In this document: piece after piece, positions 24,072-36,259 of the stretch
How positions within the stretch are numbered: the stretch's first letter is position 1
Layout: each line of letters starts with the position of its first letter
NCBI RefSeq assembly: GCF_001194135.2
Contig: NC_068997.1
Location: 3,143,418 to 3,190,434, forward strand
Direction: 5' to 3'
DNA length: 47,017 nt
Source of the DNA: Octopus bimaculoides
Lineage: Eukaryota
Made by a program: the position numbers and the translations under genes
Notes under the pieces: model-generated
Databases searched by the model: none
What the model was told of the DNA's origin: nothing
Seen by the model: only the letters and a program-made list of their open reading frames with translations

Positions 24072-24779
24072 ATTTTAATTAATTACGTGCAGTTCCATGA
24101 TGGTGGTGTAGGATCATACGCAGACCCTTGAAAACTTTCCTAAAATTCTACTTTTGAGGGCATTTCTTTCGCTCAAATAACGACTCGTTAATGTCTTAAT
24201 GCTCCTACTTACAACAGCTGAGAGGGCTTCTATTATAACCAACTCCGTGATATGTGTTAGCAAGATGTTGGCATAATGGTTAAATTTGTGTGGAATTTGT
24301 TGTTTGGAAGCTCTGCAGAAGATAAGAATTCTATCCAATGCCGCATCCCTGTTCTGGATGATCTTAATACTTATCCCCACGTACAGATCATTGATTGATT
24401 TCACACGAGTTCAATACGTTGCAAGCACTGGTAATTGAGGAAACCACTGATTGGAAAATATCTTCCTCCTCGATTATCAGATGTCTTGGAGGTCCTTGCA
24501 AAAGCTAATAGAAGAGACGATGATTAACCTAAGGGGTTAAAGATTCTTAAGAATGAATACCGAGCAGGTCTTTCATGAGAACATAATTTCCTTAATTCAT
24601 TTTCACCAGTCTCAGAGTTCCTGTAAAAAAAAATGTGACAGAGAAGCAACCTATTCAAACGTATTTCAACCACTACAGAAAATAAAAGTAAGAAAAAGAA
24701 AAATGTACATTCACTTAAGTAGAGGGCAAAACACCAACAAGTATATTAGGGAATGCACAGCACTTAATTCTTCTAGTTC

Positions 24780-25090
24780 ATCATTTATAAACACACACTC
24801 GAGCACACGCACACATGCACACGCACACACACGCACGTACGCACGTACACTAACAAGCACATGAGCATAAACACAAGCGCAAGCACACACTCAAATATTC
24901 AGGAGAGAAACTGCACACATCCACCGCAGTTCTAAGGTGAAGCAGAGCTTTTTATTTGTGTTTTTATCTTAGTTTTGCTTGTTTGCTCTTTCTGTCTCAT
25001 TTCATAAATAAGTGAAAAAAAATCCTCTTGATGAATATATATATACATATATACATACATACACATATATATATATATACATATATATAC

Positions 25091-25149
<59 letters not shown>

Positions 25150-25568
25150 TCAAATAGAATATGTGTGTGTGTGTGTGTGTCAGTGTGTGTGTGACTATAT
25201 ATGTATATATGTCTATATATGCGCACACACATGTATCTATCAATATATAAAGAATAAATGTGAGGGAGATGAACTGTTTTTTAAATACGCCTCACTAGAC
25301 TGAGAGCTCGCTTGATTTACTAATAATCTGATACAACAAATAGTCGGTTTATAAATAGATGTAATACTTCGACACACGATAGTGTAAATACTGATACTAC
25401 GCCACACACGCATACACACACACACACACACACACGCACACACACAAACACACACACACACACAAACATACACAAGCACACCTACACACTCCTACACGCA
25501 GACACGCACACCTTACACGCTTACTTTAATTATATGTATCTATAATAGACCTACATATATGTCTATAC

Positions 25569-25601
<33 letters not shown>

Positions 25602-25811
25602 TNNNNNNNNNNNNNNNNNNNNNNNNNNNNNNNNNNNNNNNNNNNNNNNNNNNNNNNNNNNNNNNNNNNNNNNNNNNNNNNNNNNNNNNNNNNNNNNNNN
25701 NNNNNNNNNNNNNNNNNNATATATACATACATACATATGCACACACATGAATAGCTGTAAACATAGATACATATATACATACATACAAATATATATATAT
25801 ATTTGAGTATA

Positions 25812-25847
<36 letters not shown>

Positions 25848-25900
25848 TATGTATTTATGTATGTATGTATGTATACATATATATGAAACGTTCAACTAAA
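24780..25900. repeat. Large compound microsatellite block (CA/TA/TACA) with gap
   Basis: Directly visible. Confidence 0.9.
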
Positions 25901-26167
25901 TACACACGCTCTCTTTCGCATACAGGCGCATACATCCCTCTCCCCTACACACACATAGTCACACGAGTGTATATAGAGCTATGAGTACGTATAAAAATTT
26001 GCCAATGGCGGTTTTCAAGAGTAAGATATTAAAGATTACCTACAGAGCGCTAATTGAAAATCTTGTGTGGCCATGCGTATCATAGCTAAATGATATTGAA
26101 AATAACTTTTGTCCTTCTTCACTAAATTGCTTTCTTTGCTAATTTCTTTTTCGTTTTATCTTACATT

Positions 26168-26201
26168 TTCAAACTTACCTAACTTCATCTCTCTCTCTCT
26201 C

Positions 26202-26273
<72 letters not shown>

Positions 26274-26481
26274 CCTCTCTCTCTCTCTCTTCCTTTCTCG
26301 CTCCCGCTCCCCTTCTCTCGCTCCCTCCTCTCTCTCCTTGTTTCTTCTCCTTCTCTTTCTTTCTATTTCACGCCGCCTTCACACTCTCTTCTTCTATAAC
26401 TTCCTTTTAGTCTATCACATTAATCTGCTCTCTGTCATAGCCTGGCTCACACTTCCCCCACTCTATCTCTCTCATCCCCAC

Positions 26482-26532
<51 letters not shown>

Positions 26533-26605
26533 TTGTATGTGTGTGCATGTGTGTGTATGTGTGTGTATATGTATGTTTGTATGCATGTGCGTGTAAGTAT
26601 TTATA
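26168..26605. repeat. (CT)n polypyrimidine tract followed by (GT)n
   Basis: Directly visible. Confidence 0.95.
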
Positions 26606-26769
26606 TGAATGTATGTGAAAAGATATATTTGTATGAAAGAGAAATATTGCACGTTGCATTTAGATGAGTTTCTATGTTCGAAGCTGAACATTTACTGCCT
26701 CCTCTCCTATCAAGCGAGAGAAACTCGGAGTAACGAATATATATGGATATGTATGTGTGTGCAGGGTAT

Positions 26770-26979
26770 CGAGCCAGCTGCAACGTTAGCCCGTCGGGAA
26801 AGATGCTTAGCGGCACTTCGTCCGTCCTTACGATCTGGTTTCAAATGCCGTTGGGGTCGACTCTCCTTTTCATCTCTTCGGCGTCGATAAAGTAAGCAAC
26901 TGTTGAAAACTGGAGTCGATGTAATCAACCGACACGTTCCCTCGAACTTCCTGGCTTTGAGCAAACAATTTAAACCAAT
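26770..26979 (+). mobile_element. SINE family A, diverged
   Basis: ATGCTTAGCGGCACTTCGTCCGTC...GGGGTCGACT...GTCGATAAAGTAAG...CTGGAGTCGATGTAATC. Confidence 0.85.
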
Positions 26980-27012
26980 ATGTGTCTGTGGGAATGTATG
27001 TTTTCACACACA

Positions 27013-27048
<36 letters not shown>

Positions 27049-27659
27049 ATATCATATATAAAGTAAAAAATTACCCGACGTAAACCAAAGGCCAAACCAA
27101 GGTCAGTTCTAACATAAATTTCCAATGGTTAGATCCAAGTTAGAAGTCTCGGTTCAAAACAAGTGTTGAATGTATTAAAACAAGTTAAAATCCTCTAAAC
27201 AAAGAACTCAAAGTAAAAGATAAATATAAAATAACATTATTTAGAAAACAGAGAGTACCATCAACAATGGGTTATTGCGCTAACAAGTGTTTATTAACAC
27301 AAACAAGTTGCTATATACATTAACGCTTTATTCAGCATGCTATTTCATTGTTTGACTATTACTGATAATGTGATGTTTAAATTTGTTTTTGTACTTTCTT
27401 TCATCTACGCCTTAGGCATTCATTTAATAAATCGCTCTTCGCAATATTCCACAGATTGTCCTTTACTGATAATAAAACTCGCTGCAGATACCTAACATCC
27501 CATACATGCATATAAACATATTCACATGCATATATGTAGTCATATGTTTACATGTATGTGTGTGTGTATGTGTGTTTGTGTGTGTATGTCTGTTCGCGCG
27601 CGCGTGTGTGTGTGTGTGTATGTGTGTGTGTGCATACATGTATGTATGTATGCATGCAC

Positions 27660-27900
27660 CCAAATTTTTGACCAGAATGATTGTAGATCTTCTTGGGAGG
27701 AGGCTTTCTTAATGATAATGTTTCCTTCCTCATCTCTCTGTATAAGGCTTGTGGGTTGGCAGCAAACTTGCGATTTATCGGTGGTGACGTTGTTAGTTTC
27801 ATCTGTGGCAGTCTTAGCTTCAACCATAATCGTGTTAGCAATAATCCGCGTACTGTAGATGAATATTTTAAAATCTGTTCAGGAGAAATGTCACTTTTCA
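27660..27900 (-). mobile_element. R4/Dong-type LINE fragment (region N-terminal to RT)
   Basis: NRKFAANPQALYREMRKET / IIIKKASSQEDLQSFWSKIW resembles QNxxFxxNxxxFYRxL...PxxxExxxFWSxIW. Confidence 0.55.
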
Positions 27901-28019
27901 AAGATTATATTCATTAATGTATCCTTCTTTGTTAAGATTATCGATTGTGGTTTGGGTCAGATTTGCTACTATGTCTAGCAATTCGTCCAACTGCATAGAC
28001 TTCTCTCTGCAGTTCATTT

Positions 28020-28091
<72 letters not shown>

Positions 28092-28103
28092 TAGTAGTAG
28101 TAG
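28020..28103. repeat. (AGT)n array
   Basis: Directly visible. Confidence 0.97.
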
Positions 28104-28574
28104 AAGCATTTCTTTTTGTTTTTTATGCAATTGCATATGCAATTGCATATGCGATTGCTTTAGTTGTTGTTTAACTTCAAGTCCGCTATCATTGAGAAGA
28201 TCGATGATCAAAGGTGGTCCAAACTCCAGTCATTATCATTTATTGAAAAACAAAACAAAAAAAACAAATACAATTATTCAGTAATGATTTTTAAATAATT
28301 AGATGGAATTTGATACGTTTATAATTAAGAAAGTAGGTTTTTGTTTTGCTCCAGGTTATTCTTAATCGAACAGATATCGAAGGTTAAAAGTATTTCAGCA
28401 TGATTGATTTTCCACACATTATAATGACAATTACACTATCATTGTGTATGTTCGTGTTTGATCCGGCAAAACGTGATATGAGGAAAGATTTTACTGCAAT
28501 GTTTTGCAGGTTTGTGGACAACGAAGACGTTTCAGGAACTAAACGTAGTACAGAAAGCTATAAATCTATCTAGA

Positions 28575-28770
28575 GTATTCTAGATAAGGGATATTCATGA
28601 ATAATATTAAAGCATTATTTACATTATTCGTATTGGATGGATATGTGTCCTCATCTAGTTTGTTGTTACCACAGCGTTTCGGCTGATTTATTCTCCAGCC
28701 TTCATCAGGTGTCCAGGTGGAATTTTGAAACCAACCCTGGGTTCTCATTCCTAAGGTATTTTTTGATGTT
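28575..28770 (-). mobile_element. ~190-bp non-coding repeat with hammerhead-like core (copy 1, inverted)
   Basis: Reverse complement AACATCAAAAAATACCTTAGG...GGACAC-CTGATGA-A-GGCTG(GAGAATAAAT)CAGCC-GAAA-CG-CT-GTGGT. About 90% identical by eye to 29461-29652. Confidence 0.8.
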
Positions 28771-28877
<107 letters not shown>

Positions 28878-28886
28878 AAGTACTAT

Positions 28887-28939
28887 TCGGAATCTTTGGG
28901 GTTAGTAGCCCGCGCTCTTAACCACTACGCTATATGCCC
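28887..28939 (-). mobile_element. Truncated tRNA-derived SINE head
   Basis: Reverse complement GGGCATATAGCGTAGTGGTTAAGAGCGCGGGCTACTAACCCC: A-box TAGCGTAGTGG, D-arm and anticodon-arm-like hairpins. No T-arm or B-box on this strand. Confidence 0.65.
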
Positions 28940-29027
28940 GGGGCAGTGCCTTAAATAATAGTAATAATAATAATAATAATAATAATACATACATACATAC
29001 ATACATACATACATACATACATACATA

Positions 29028-29333
29028 CCCTGATGCAATACCATGCTGTGGATCTCATGGCTTCTGATCTTAACTGATTGGAAGTATTATCATGTACATT
29101 GTTTTGTCTTGGTATAAAAGATGGGCTACAGTAAATATTCTGCTTAATACTACAGATTTGCTTGTCAGTTATTTGACCATAACCAGTTCAACATGTCCCT
29201 TAATGGCTGAGAATATGTACTTCTCTGATCACAAGCAGAAGTAGTGGGGGGGGGCATCATAGCCATGTGTAGAGAGGAATAATTTGGGGTTTGAATAATT
29301 CACCTTTGGACGGCATGCACTGCTTCCTCACTC

Positions 29334-29334
<1 letters not shown>
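29028..29334. repeat. Probable interspersed repeat embedded between (ACAT)n and (AAT)n
   Basis: Complex 300-bp island that ends directly in (AAT)n. It resembles an octopus repeat as I recall it, but is single-copy in this window and unverified. Confidence 0.4.
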
Positions 29335-29388
<54 letters not shown>

Positions 29389-29457
29389 GTAATAATAATA
29401 ATAATAGTAATAATAATAATAATAATGATAATAATAATCATGATAATAATAATAATA
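29335..29457. repeat. (AAT)n array
   Basis: Directly visible. Confidence 0.97.
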
Positions 29458-29460
29458 AAA

Positions 29461-29652
29461 ACAACATCAAAAAATACTTTAGGAAAGAGAACCCAGGGTT
29501 CGGTTCAAAATTTCACCAGGACACCTGATGAAGGCTGGAGAATAAATCAGCTGTGACGACGTTGTAACAACAAACAAGATGAGGACACATATCCGTCCAA
29601 TGCAAATAATGTAAATTACGAATAGAATTCCTCATCTCTAAAATATAGAACA
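29461..29652 (+). mobile_element. ~190-bp non-coding repeat with hammerhead-like core (copy 2)
   Basis: GGACAC-CTGATGA (29525-29531)-A-GGCTG(GAGAATAAAT)CAGCT. The GAAA side has decayed to GTGACGACGTT. Confidence 0.8.
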
Positions 29653-29759
29653 GTAAATTCAAAGCGTTTTATTACTCAGTATTTAAAGAAACCCGTGCAT
29701 CTGTTGTCTTTCTATTCGGATCTAAATAATGTTAATCATTACTAGTTGATTAGTTTCAA

Positions 29760-29880
29760 ATCCAGAACTTTTGCCGAGAGGGACTGGCGATTAAATCAAC
29801 AGTTGTACTTTGCTGTTACTTCGTTTATTGATGGCAAAGCCATGAAAAGCAAATGAACTCAGAATGTTGAAGAATCATAC
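29760..29880 (-). mobile_element. Very degraded SINE family A
   Basis: GAGGGACTGGCGATTAAATCAAC...TTTATTGATGG...ATGAAAAGCAAA...GAACTCAGAATG follows the family A layout. Confidence 0.5.
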
Positions 29881-30771
29881 CTAGCTACTACTAGAGATTT
29901 TGTTCGACTGTGACGATTTTTCTAACCTAACGCCCACTTATATGCTATTGAATATGCTCTGAAGAATAGTTTGTGTATTTTTCCATCTGTTCTAAACGAT
30001 ATTTTTGTGATTGTCTTTCGAGAATCTCTCTAACTGCATATCCTTAAATTCCACAGAAATCTTTTAAATATTGTTATTGAATTAAAACTATGTAGTAGAG
30101 AAAAGAAAATCAATATGAGAATAAGAAATGATACCAATTCCTTTATGAAAATATCTTCTCCAGAATCTTCCTATGGCGTGTTTGTGCAGAACAATTTAAC
30201 CTTCTACAATCACTGGAAAATGTTTAATTTAAAATCAGAATTACTCCCAGCAAACTAAACAAATAAACATAGAAGTAGAATACATAAATCTGAAAAAAAG
30301 AAAACATACAAGCGAAATTGATAATCATATTTTATGTAAGTTATTTTAAGTTAATTGTGTTTTATCGTTCGCATTGGTGGCATTTAAATGAAATTCGAGC
30401 TGTCATGCAAAGTCAGATACAGGTTAATAAAGCAGACTGTTAGCTTTGTTAATTTCACAATTTAAATGAGATTTCTCTTTTGTTTTTTAGCAAAGTGAAG
30501 TATCGATTTGCTATATAAGCGCATGAACATTTAGATTTATAGCCGTGTGCTGACCAGACATGAGGTTTTTATTACCCCAAGAGAATTCACAACGTATTTC
30601 ATTTCGAAATTTTACTTCTGGGGATCGAAACGATGTTGAAGACTTTCTAATCATTTACTAAGGGGAGTGTAGTGTTCACTGCTTTGATTACAGTGTGAAA
30701 ATAAAATAATCAAATCACGAGAAACTGCAAGAACTCAAGTACAATGATTTATTTAATTAGTAAAGGTCTCT

Positions 30772-31003
30772 AGAATTGGCCCAAGGCCAAGCCACAGAAC
30801 TTTGCAGGTGAAGTACTGTCGGTTTTATCAACTTCCTTCCAGAGCTTTATTAGTATTTATTTACTGAACTCGATAAAATAATATAAACTAATTTTTTTGA
30901 GCAACGGGAAATGCAGTACTTTGCTCCAGAACATAATGCACCAGCCGTCTGGGAAACGAAATCTCAGGATCATGATTGGAATACCCTAACCACTAGACCA
31001 CTG
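30772..31003 (-). mobile_element. Degraded SINE A fragment (30772-30880) plus a different tRNA-derived SINE head (30935-31003)
   Basis: Reverse complement TGGTCTAGTGGTTAGGGTATT...GTTTCCC...TTATGTTCTGGAGCAAAGTACT has an A-box-like start. Confidence 0.5.
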
Positions 31004-31765
31004 GTACTTTATTTTATGACTAAGTAATACTTTTTTACATGGCTATATCCTGCACATTTACTCGTTGTCATTTCGTTTCTTGTGGTTTTAGCTATAATTG
31101 CCTAGACGTATCGTTATGCTTTTCCTGTTCCCTTGTCCATGAATGTAGAGATTGCAGAAAAAGTGTGACGAAATTATTAGGAATGTAACTAAAAACAAGC
31201 AGTGATCTTTAACCGGTCAATTCCCAGATCAAAATTCTGGCGAAGCAAAATTGATAATTTTCTTGAATTAGAGTAAACTTACCAATTTGATGATAAAAGT
31301 TCAGTATTTGACAAGTGTTTTATTTACTCTGAAACGATGAATCACAAAAGTTGACCGGGATGGGATTCAAACTCATTTGTTAGTCTCAGACAAATTATCA
31401 AAATATATTCTTTGATACCGTAGAGATTTTCTTGATCTACTACTATTATTTCCTGCTAGATAATAAATTATTTTAACTTATTTTCAGAATTGTTTTTGAA
31501 ATATATTTTAAATTATAAATTTGATTAAATATATACTTTTAGAACATTAAATTACTACTTAACTATTTAAATATTTATCTATTTAGATATGATAAACAGA
31601 TTTAATTTCTAAACATTTTTCAAATGCTTTCTAGTCAAATGAGCAACCAGCTCATCTCTCAGCTCATTTGATTGCAAATTTTCTGCTTCATATAGAATTT
31701 TGAGGCTTTTTGCATTGAAAATTTCTTCCGAAACTTGTAGAACTAGAGATGAAATTGTGATAGAC

Positions 31766-31922
31766 ACAGGCGTGCTTTGTGGTTTAGAAGCTCACTTTAC
31801 AACCACGTGGTTTAGTGCTCAGTCCTACAGTGCAACAACTTGGGCAAGTTTTTTCTACTCAACGATTTATGAGTGAATTTATTAGACGGAAACTGCTTCG
31901 AAGCTCCTCTTATATATAAGTA

Positions 31923-31965
<43 letters not shown>

Positions 31966-32162
31966 GTGTGTTTGTCACCCCACAACCGTTTGACAACCGT
32001 GGCTGTTTTTTTAAAGTTCCCGTATATTAGCAAATCGGCAAACTTACTGATAGAATAAGTATCAGAAATAACGACTGGAATCGATTTGTTCGGTTAAATT
32101 CTTCAAAGTGTTGCGCATAAATAGTAGGAGTCCAAAGACAAAAACGCGTAAAGTTAAAGAAA
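31766..32162 (+). mobile_element. Full-length diverged SINE family B
   Basis: CAGGCGTG..TGTGGTTTAGAAG head, CTTGGGCAAGT, central (TG)n, and GATAGAATAAGTATCAG core. Confidence 0.82.
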
Positions 32163-32199
32163 GGTGTATATTACGAATATATTTTGCAATTAAAAATGA

Positions 32200-33470
32200 T
32201 TAACTTTCTGAAAACTGACATTTTGAAAATATTTACACTTTTCTCGTCACTATTGCAGGAAAAGGCGATGTGTAAAAGATATTTTAAGCATTCATTAGTT
32301 TTCCATAGAAATATTAGTAGTAATTCACAATTGATGGCGTTTGTTAATTGCAGGGGTTCTGTCCTAATCGAAAAAGTAATGTTAGTTTCTTCTACGCTTG
32401 AATTGAGATCCCATTAAATAGATGATTGCAGCAGGATAGATATTAGCTTCAAAGCTGTTAGCAATGATTTAAAGCAGGAAGACTGTATTAGTGTATCTGT
32501 TGATAGAATTACACAGATTGTTAGTCTATGACAGTCGGTAAGTGATTTCGGTGAAATAACAGAAAATTAAAATTGAAGTTACTCGTTGTATGATCCATTC
32601 CAAATCATTGACTATGAAAACTTAGAAACATGAGCTGGAGGATGTAATAAATAAGATAATGAAGTCGAAGCGTATGCACTAAAAACGCAAGTCTTTCGTA
32701 ATTCAAATGAGGATGGAGTGTGGTGTTTCTTTTTCCGACAGAAACAAGTTGGTTTGTACTTAGAGGTGTAATCAATAGAGTTTAGGTTAGCACAACTAAA
32801 CGTTAAACCTTTCAGGTGGATGAAAAAGATGTCCCAGCAGATAGGTTCAGTAAATTTATTGAGTTGGATATTATTTGATATTAAGCTGATGCCTTCGGAC
32901 ATGTCGGTGCATTAAGTAAGAATTGCAAGTGGAGAAATAATAATGTCGTTTTAGCAAGAGAAAAAATTTGATATAAGAGAACCACAAAGAAGAACATAAC
33001 AAAGTTAACAGTTTTTCTGAGGCTAGTAACTATTTTAGAAAACTGAGGAAATCAGCAAGCTTTGGTGACATTTTGGAATCAGTTACATAGAGGTTTATCG
33101 AATTCATACAATAATTTCCTGAGAACATACAAGAGTTTGATTCCCTTGTTATAAACTAAGTTGTGAATCCTTTTAACTGTAAAATTAACGCTGTATCTGA
33201 AGAGCTGTAACAATAATCCGAGATATGCCTTAAACTTCAGTTCCGGCAGTGAATTCATAGACCTTCAGAACAAGATATCTCTGTCATCCTCTGGGATATC
33301 AAAAGCTGCAAAAATTTCAAAACTGCAAAGTGGAAGCCGTTTACAATAACCACTCTTTGTAAAATAGAAGATATTCTACGTTCCTGAATTGAGAAACAAA
33401 AAGAAATCGATTTAAGCTCGAAGACAACTTCCAAGTTACTCTGACAACAAAGCTTACTAAATGTTCGTAT
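32200..33470 (+). pseudogene. hAT-superfamily (Charlie/Buster, ZBED5/ZBED8/SCAND3-like) transposase relic
   Basis: Motifs in the correct order across frames: ISSNSQLMAFV; STLELRS..DISFKAVS; CISVSVD (TDG motif); TRCMIHSKSL (CxxH); LFPTETSWFVLRGVINRV (HTEVRWLSRG); ADAFGHV.ALSK....NNNVVLAREKI; NPF; EFIDLQN; PFT..TLC; TKRNRFKLEDNFQVTLTT (dimerisation domain). Many stops. Confidence 0.75.
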
Positions 33471-34000
33471 TATTATATCAAAAACGAAATGGTGTCATTT
33501 ATTTCAAACCTTAAAGTGGAATAATCTTGAATCAAATTCCTCTATTATTTCATCTTTTACATTCATTTTCTTTACGCATCATTTTATATTAACGTGTTAC
33601 ATTTTCTTATTTTCAGCACACGTAATAATTCGTCTTCACAATTTTATAATCTAAAACAATTCTTATTGCTTTGTAAGTAGGCTGCAAAAATCGGTCAGAA
33701 CCTGGTGAGGTAAGAAGCCAAATTGATTTGATATCATAATTTTCATATTTTGTTTCTGTGTACAAAATAGAGCATCACAATCTCTCATAGAACTAAATAA
33801 CAAACACTTTGAAGAATATTATAGTTCTTCAAAGAAATTATTCTGTCCTTTTATGTTATTCCCATGATAGCATGGACCTTTTAAAAATTTTGCTATTAAT
33901 CTAACTAATGAATATTTTCTTCAAAATCCCATGTTGTCAAACTAAATAGAAGCTATGTCGAGGATAAGTAACACAAAGATAATTCAAAGAATGAATCATA

Positions 34001-34057
34001 TATCTTTTATCTTCTTATCTTTTAATTCTTTCTGTCATTGGACTGCAGCCATGCGGT
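34001..34057 (-). mobile_element. SINE family B 3' tail abutting the PLE relic
   Basis: Reverse complement CGCATGGCTGCAGTCCAATGACAGAAAG..AAAAGATAAGAAGATAAAAGATA, compare 39648-39688. Confidence 0.7.
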
Positions 34058-34670
34058 ATTTAAGACAATAATTGTTGATATGATATGTTGATGTTATGAT
34101 ATTTAGCTTTTCGGTAATGCAGAGCGAGCTCGTATTTGCTTCCCCTTTCCCTGTGTACGATGGCCTTAGCTATGATGTTCCAGTTTATACGGGGATTGTT
34201 CATGTTCCTTTCTCTAAATTCCTGTACCATACTGAATAAAGACGATGTGTTTACTTTGCTTTTATCTCCGAACAAAGCCAAACGCTGCTTTTGTCACTTA
34301 TTGAAGGCGATTCCTGTCCTTCCAATGTAAGTTGTTTTCTTGTTCCATTCAAATCGATAATGCTGGCCTTGAAAACTTTTTTCTTTTTCCAGGGACATAT
34401 TGTTCAAAAGACAGGTGCAAAGAGATCTACAGGTATTGTAACTTAGGGGAATGCTCCTAATCTTGTTATTTTTATTATTACTGAAATGGATCGCCCCTAT
34501 GATGGGGAGACAACTATAAATAACTTTGTCCGTATTTGTATTGAAGAACATGTGGTATTTATATGAGTGAGTGCGTAGTTATCTGTGAGTTTCAGAAATT
34601 TTCTAGCTATGTTCGAGCCACATTCATGCTGTAGGAGTACTGTACCATACTATTTTCCTCTGCCTACGTC
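34058..34670 (-). mobile_element. Naiad-like Penelope-like element: linker plus GIY-YIG endonuclease pseudogene
   Basis: RQRKIVWYSTP / SNIARKFLKLTD / YHMFFNTNTDKVIYSCLP..NNKNNKI / TCR...CLLNN.SLEKEKVFKASI / TTYIGRTG.AFNK* / TSSLFS...INWNIIAKA / SLCITEKLNII. Collinear with the Naiad RKIIWFNPP...FNxNxVKxSYSC...CxxC..YIG...CxLCxxEK layout. Confidence 0.85.
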
Positions 34671-34752
34671 TTATTGGTTCAGAATAATTTATACTACTGT
34701 TAAAATTGGACTTCGTAATGTAAGGCGATGCAGTATGGGGTTCCCTTTATCA

Positions 34753-34787
<35 letters not shown>

Positions 34788-35034
34788 NNNNNNNNNNNNN
34801 NNNNNNNNNNNNNNNNNNNNNNNNNNNNNNNNNNNNNNNNNNNNNNNNNNNNNNNNNNNNNNNNNNNNNNNNNNNNNNNNNNNNNNNNNNNNNNNNNNNN
34901 NNNNNNNNNNNNNNNNNNNNNNNNNNNNNNNNNNNNNNNNNNNNNNNNNNNNNNNNNNNNNNNNNNNNNNNNNNNNNNNNNNNNNNNNNNNNNNNNNNNN
35001 NNNNNNNNNNNNNNNNNNNNNNNNNNNNNNNNNN

Positions 35035-35095
35035 AGTTCAAATTCACAGAAGACAAAAGACGAAGACAGTTGTAGGACGAACAAGCAGGTGTATT
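35035..35095 (-). mobile_element. Inverted copy of the PLE terminal segment at 36008-36070
   Basis: Reverse complement TAATACACCTGCTTGTTCGTCCTACAACTGTCTTCGTCTTTTG versus TAATGCACTTGCTTGTTGATCCTACACTTGTCTTCGTCATTG. Confidence 0.75.
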
Positions 35096-35192
35096 ATTAC
35101 ATTACAAAGATAAACCATTAACATTTTTTTAAACTGTTCATAAAGATATCAATGGTCAAGCATACTAACAAATAAATATATAGAGAGAAAGT

Positions 35193-35275
35193 AACTGGTA
35201 CTTATATAATCGGCCCTGGTAGGTTGAAAGGCAAAGTGGATCTCGAAAGAATTTGAACTCAGAACGTAGCATCGG
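35193..35275 (-). mobile_element. SINE family A fragment
   Basis: AACTGGTACTTAT...GAAAGGCAAAGT...GAATTTGAACTCAGAACGTA. Confidence 0.85.
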
Positions 35276-35282
35276 ACTCGTT

Positions 35283-36072
35283 AATGACACCCCGGTCTCA
35301 CGCCATTTCCGCTCTACTGGTCATTCGCTACAACACTTTTCAGTGTTCCCACTACCTCTAGACAGGGGTTATCGCGACTCCCGCCTTCACCGTGTCCAGG
35401 AATTTATCTTCTCTATTCATTCCTTTGCCCTACATGAGCTCAACACACCACTATTTGAGTCATTACGCACACTGTTTAACTCAGTACACACGCCACACAC
35501 AATCATGCAACTCGCACATCCACACAAGCACATGATACCTAAACATAGACAATATATATACACATATACACACGCAACACGCATAAACACAAGCAACACA
35601 CAAAGACAAATATAATTTTCTCCCTAATACATACAGTATAAGCATGCACTGTATTTACACGCACACGTGTAAAAGCACACATGTATAAAAGCTCACACAC
35701 ACACGTCAAACTCACTCGCCCCTTCCCTTTCACACATACGTACTTACACACTCATTCACACGGTTCTCACATACACACGGACGCTTGCGCACCTACTTTT
35801 GTTGGGATTACCATAAATTATTTTCCTTTCATTCAACTTCTCTTTATAATTATCTCCCTTTCGTTCAACCTCTTTTTTCCAATAATTCGCCATTTTGGGT
35901 CACTGATTTCAACAGGTGCTTTTCATTCTCTCTCAATTTCCTCTTATTCCGTTCCATCGACGAGCTCGAAACATAAAAGTCTTTTCCATTTTTCCCGAAC
36001 GTCAAACTAATGCACTTGCTTGTTGATCCTACACTTGTCTTCGTCATTGTTTTTTCTATAAATTCAGACTAT
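35283..36072 (+). mobile_element. Penelope-like element 3' end (GIY-YIG C-terminus, 3' UTR, pLTR with decayed hammerhead-like motif)
   Basis: TPVSRHFRSTGHSLQHFSVF...RDSRLHRVQEFIFSIHSFALHELNTPLF is typical of the PLE endonuclease end (PVxxHF...GH...ExxxIxxLxxxxPxGLN). CCATCGA-C-GAGCTC-GAAACATA-AAAG at 35951-35979. Same family as 7787-8622. Confidence 0.8.
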
Positions 36073-36115
<43 letters not shown>

Positions 36116-36225
36116 NNNNNNNNNNNNNNNNNNNNNNNNNNNNNNNNNNNNNNNNNNNNNNNNNNNNNNNNNNNNNNNNNNNNNNNNNNNNNNNNNNNNN
36201 NNNNNNNNNNNNNNNNNNNNNNNNA

Positions 36226-36259
<34 letters not shown>

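Noticed and set aside
24114-24404. 96-aa minus ORF as a gene or R2-like endonuclease end
   Set aside because: Only faint RLE-like wording with no intact PD-(D/E)xK motif, so I cannot support a call.
28887-28939. tRNA gene
   Set aside because: No T-arm, B-box or acceptor stem closure; it is a SINE-type head only.
31635-31671. 10-bp perfect inverted repeat TCAAATGAGC/GCTCATTTGA
   Set aside because: Short, isolated and expected occasionally by chance.
34294-34296. In-frame TGA as selenocysteine (some Naiads encode Sec)
   Set aside because: It falls at an Arg position (F.K-R-Y), so CGA>TGA decay is the simpler explanation. The copy has other frameshifts and I see no SECIS.
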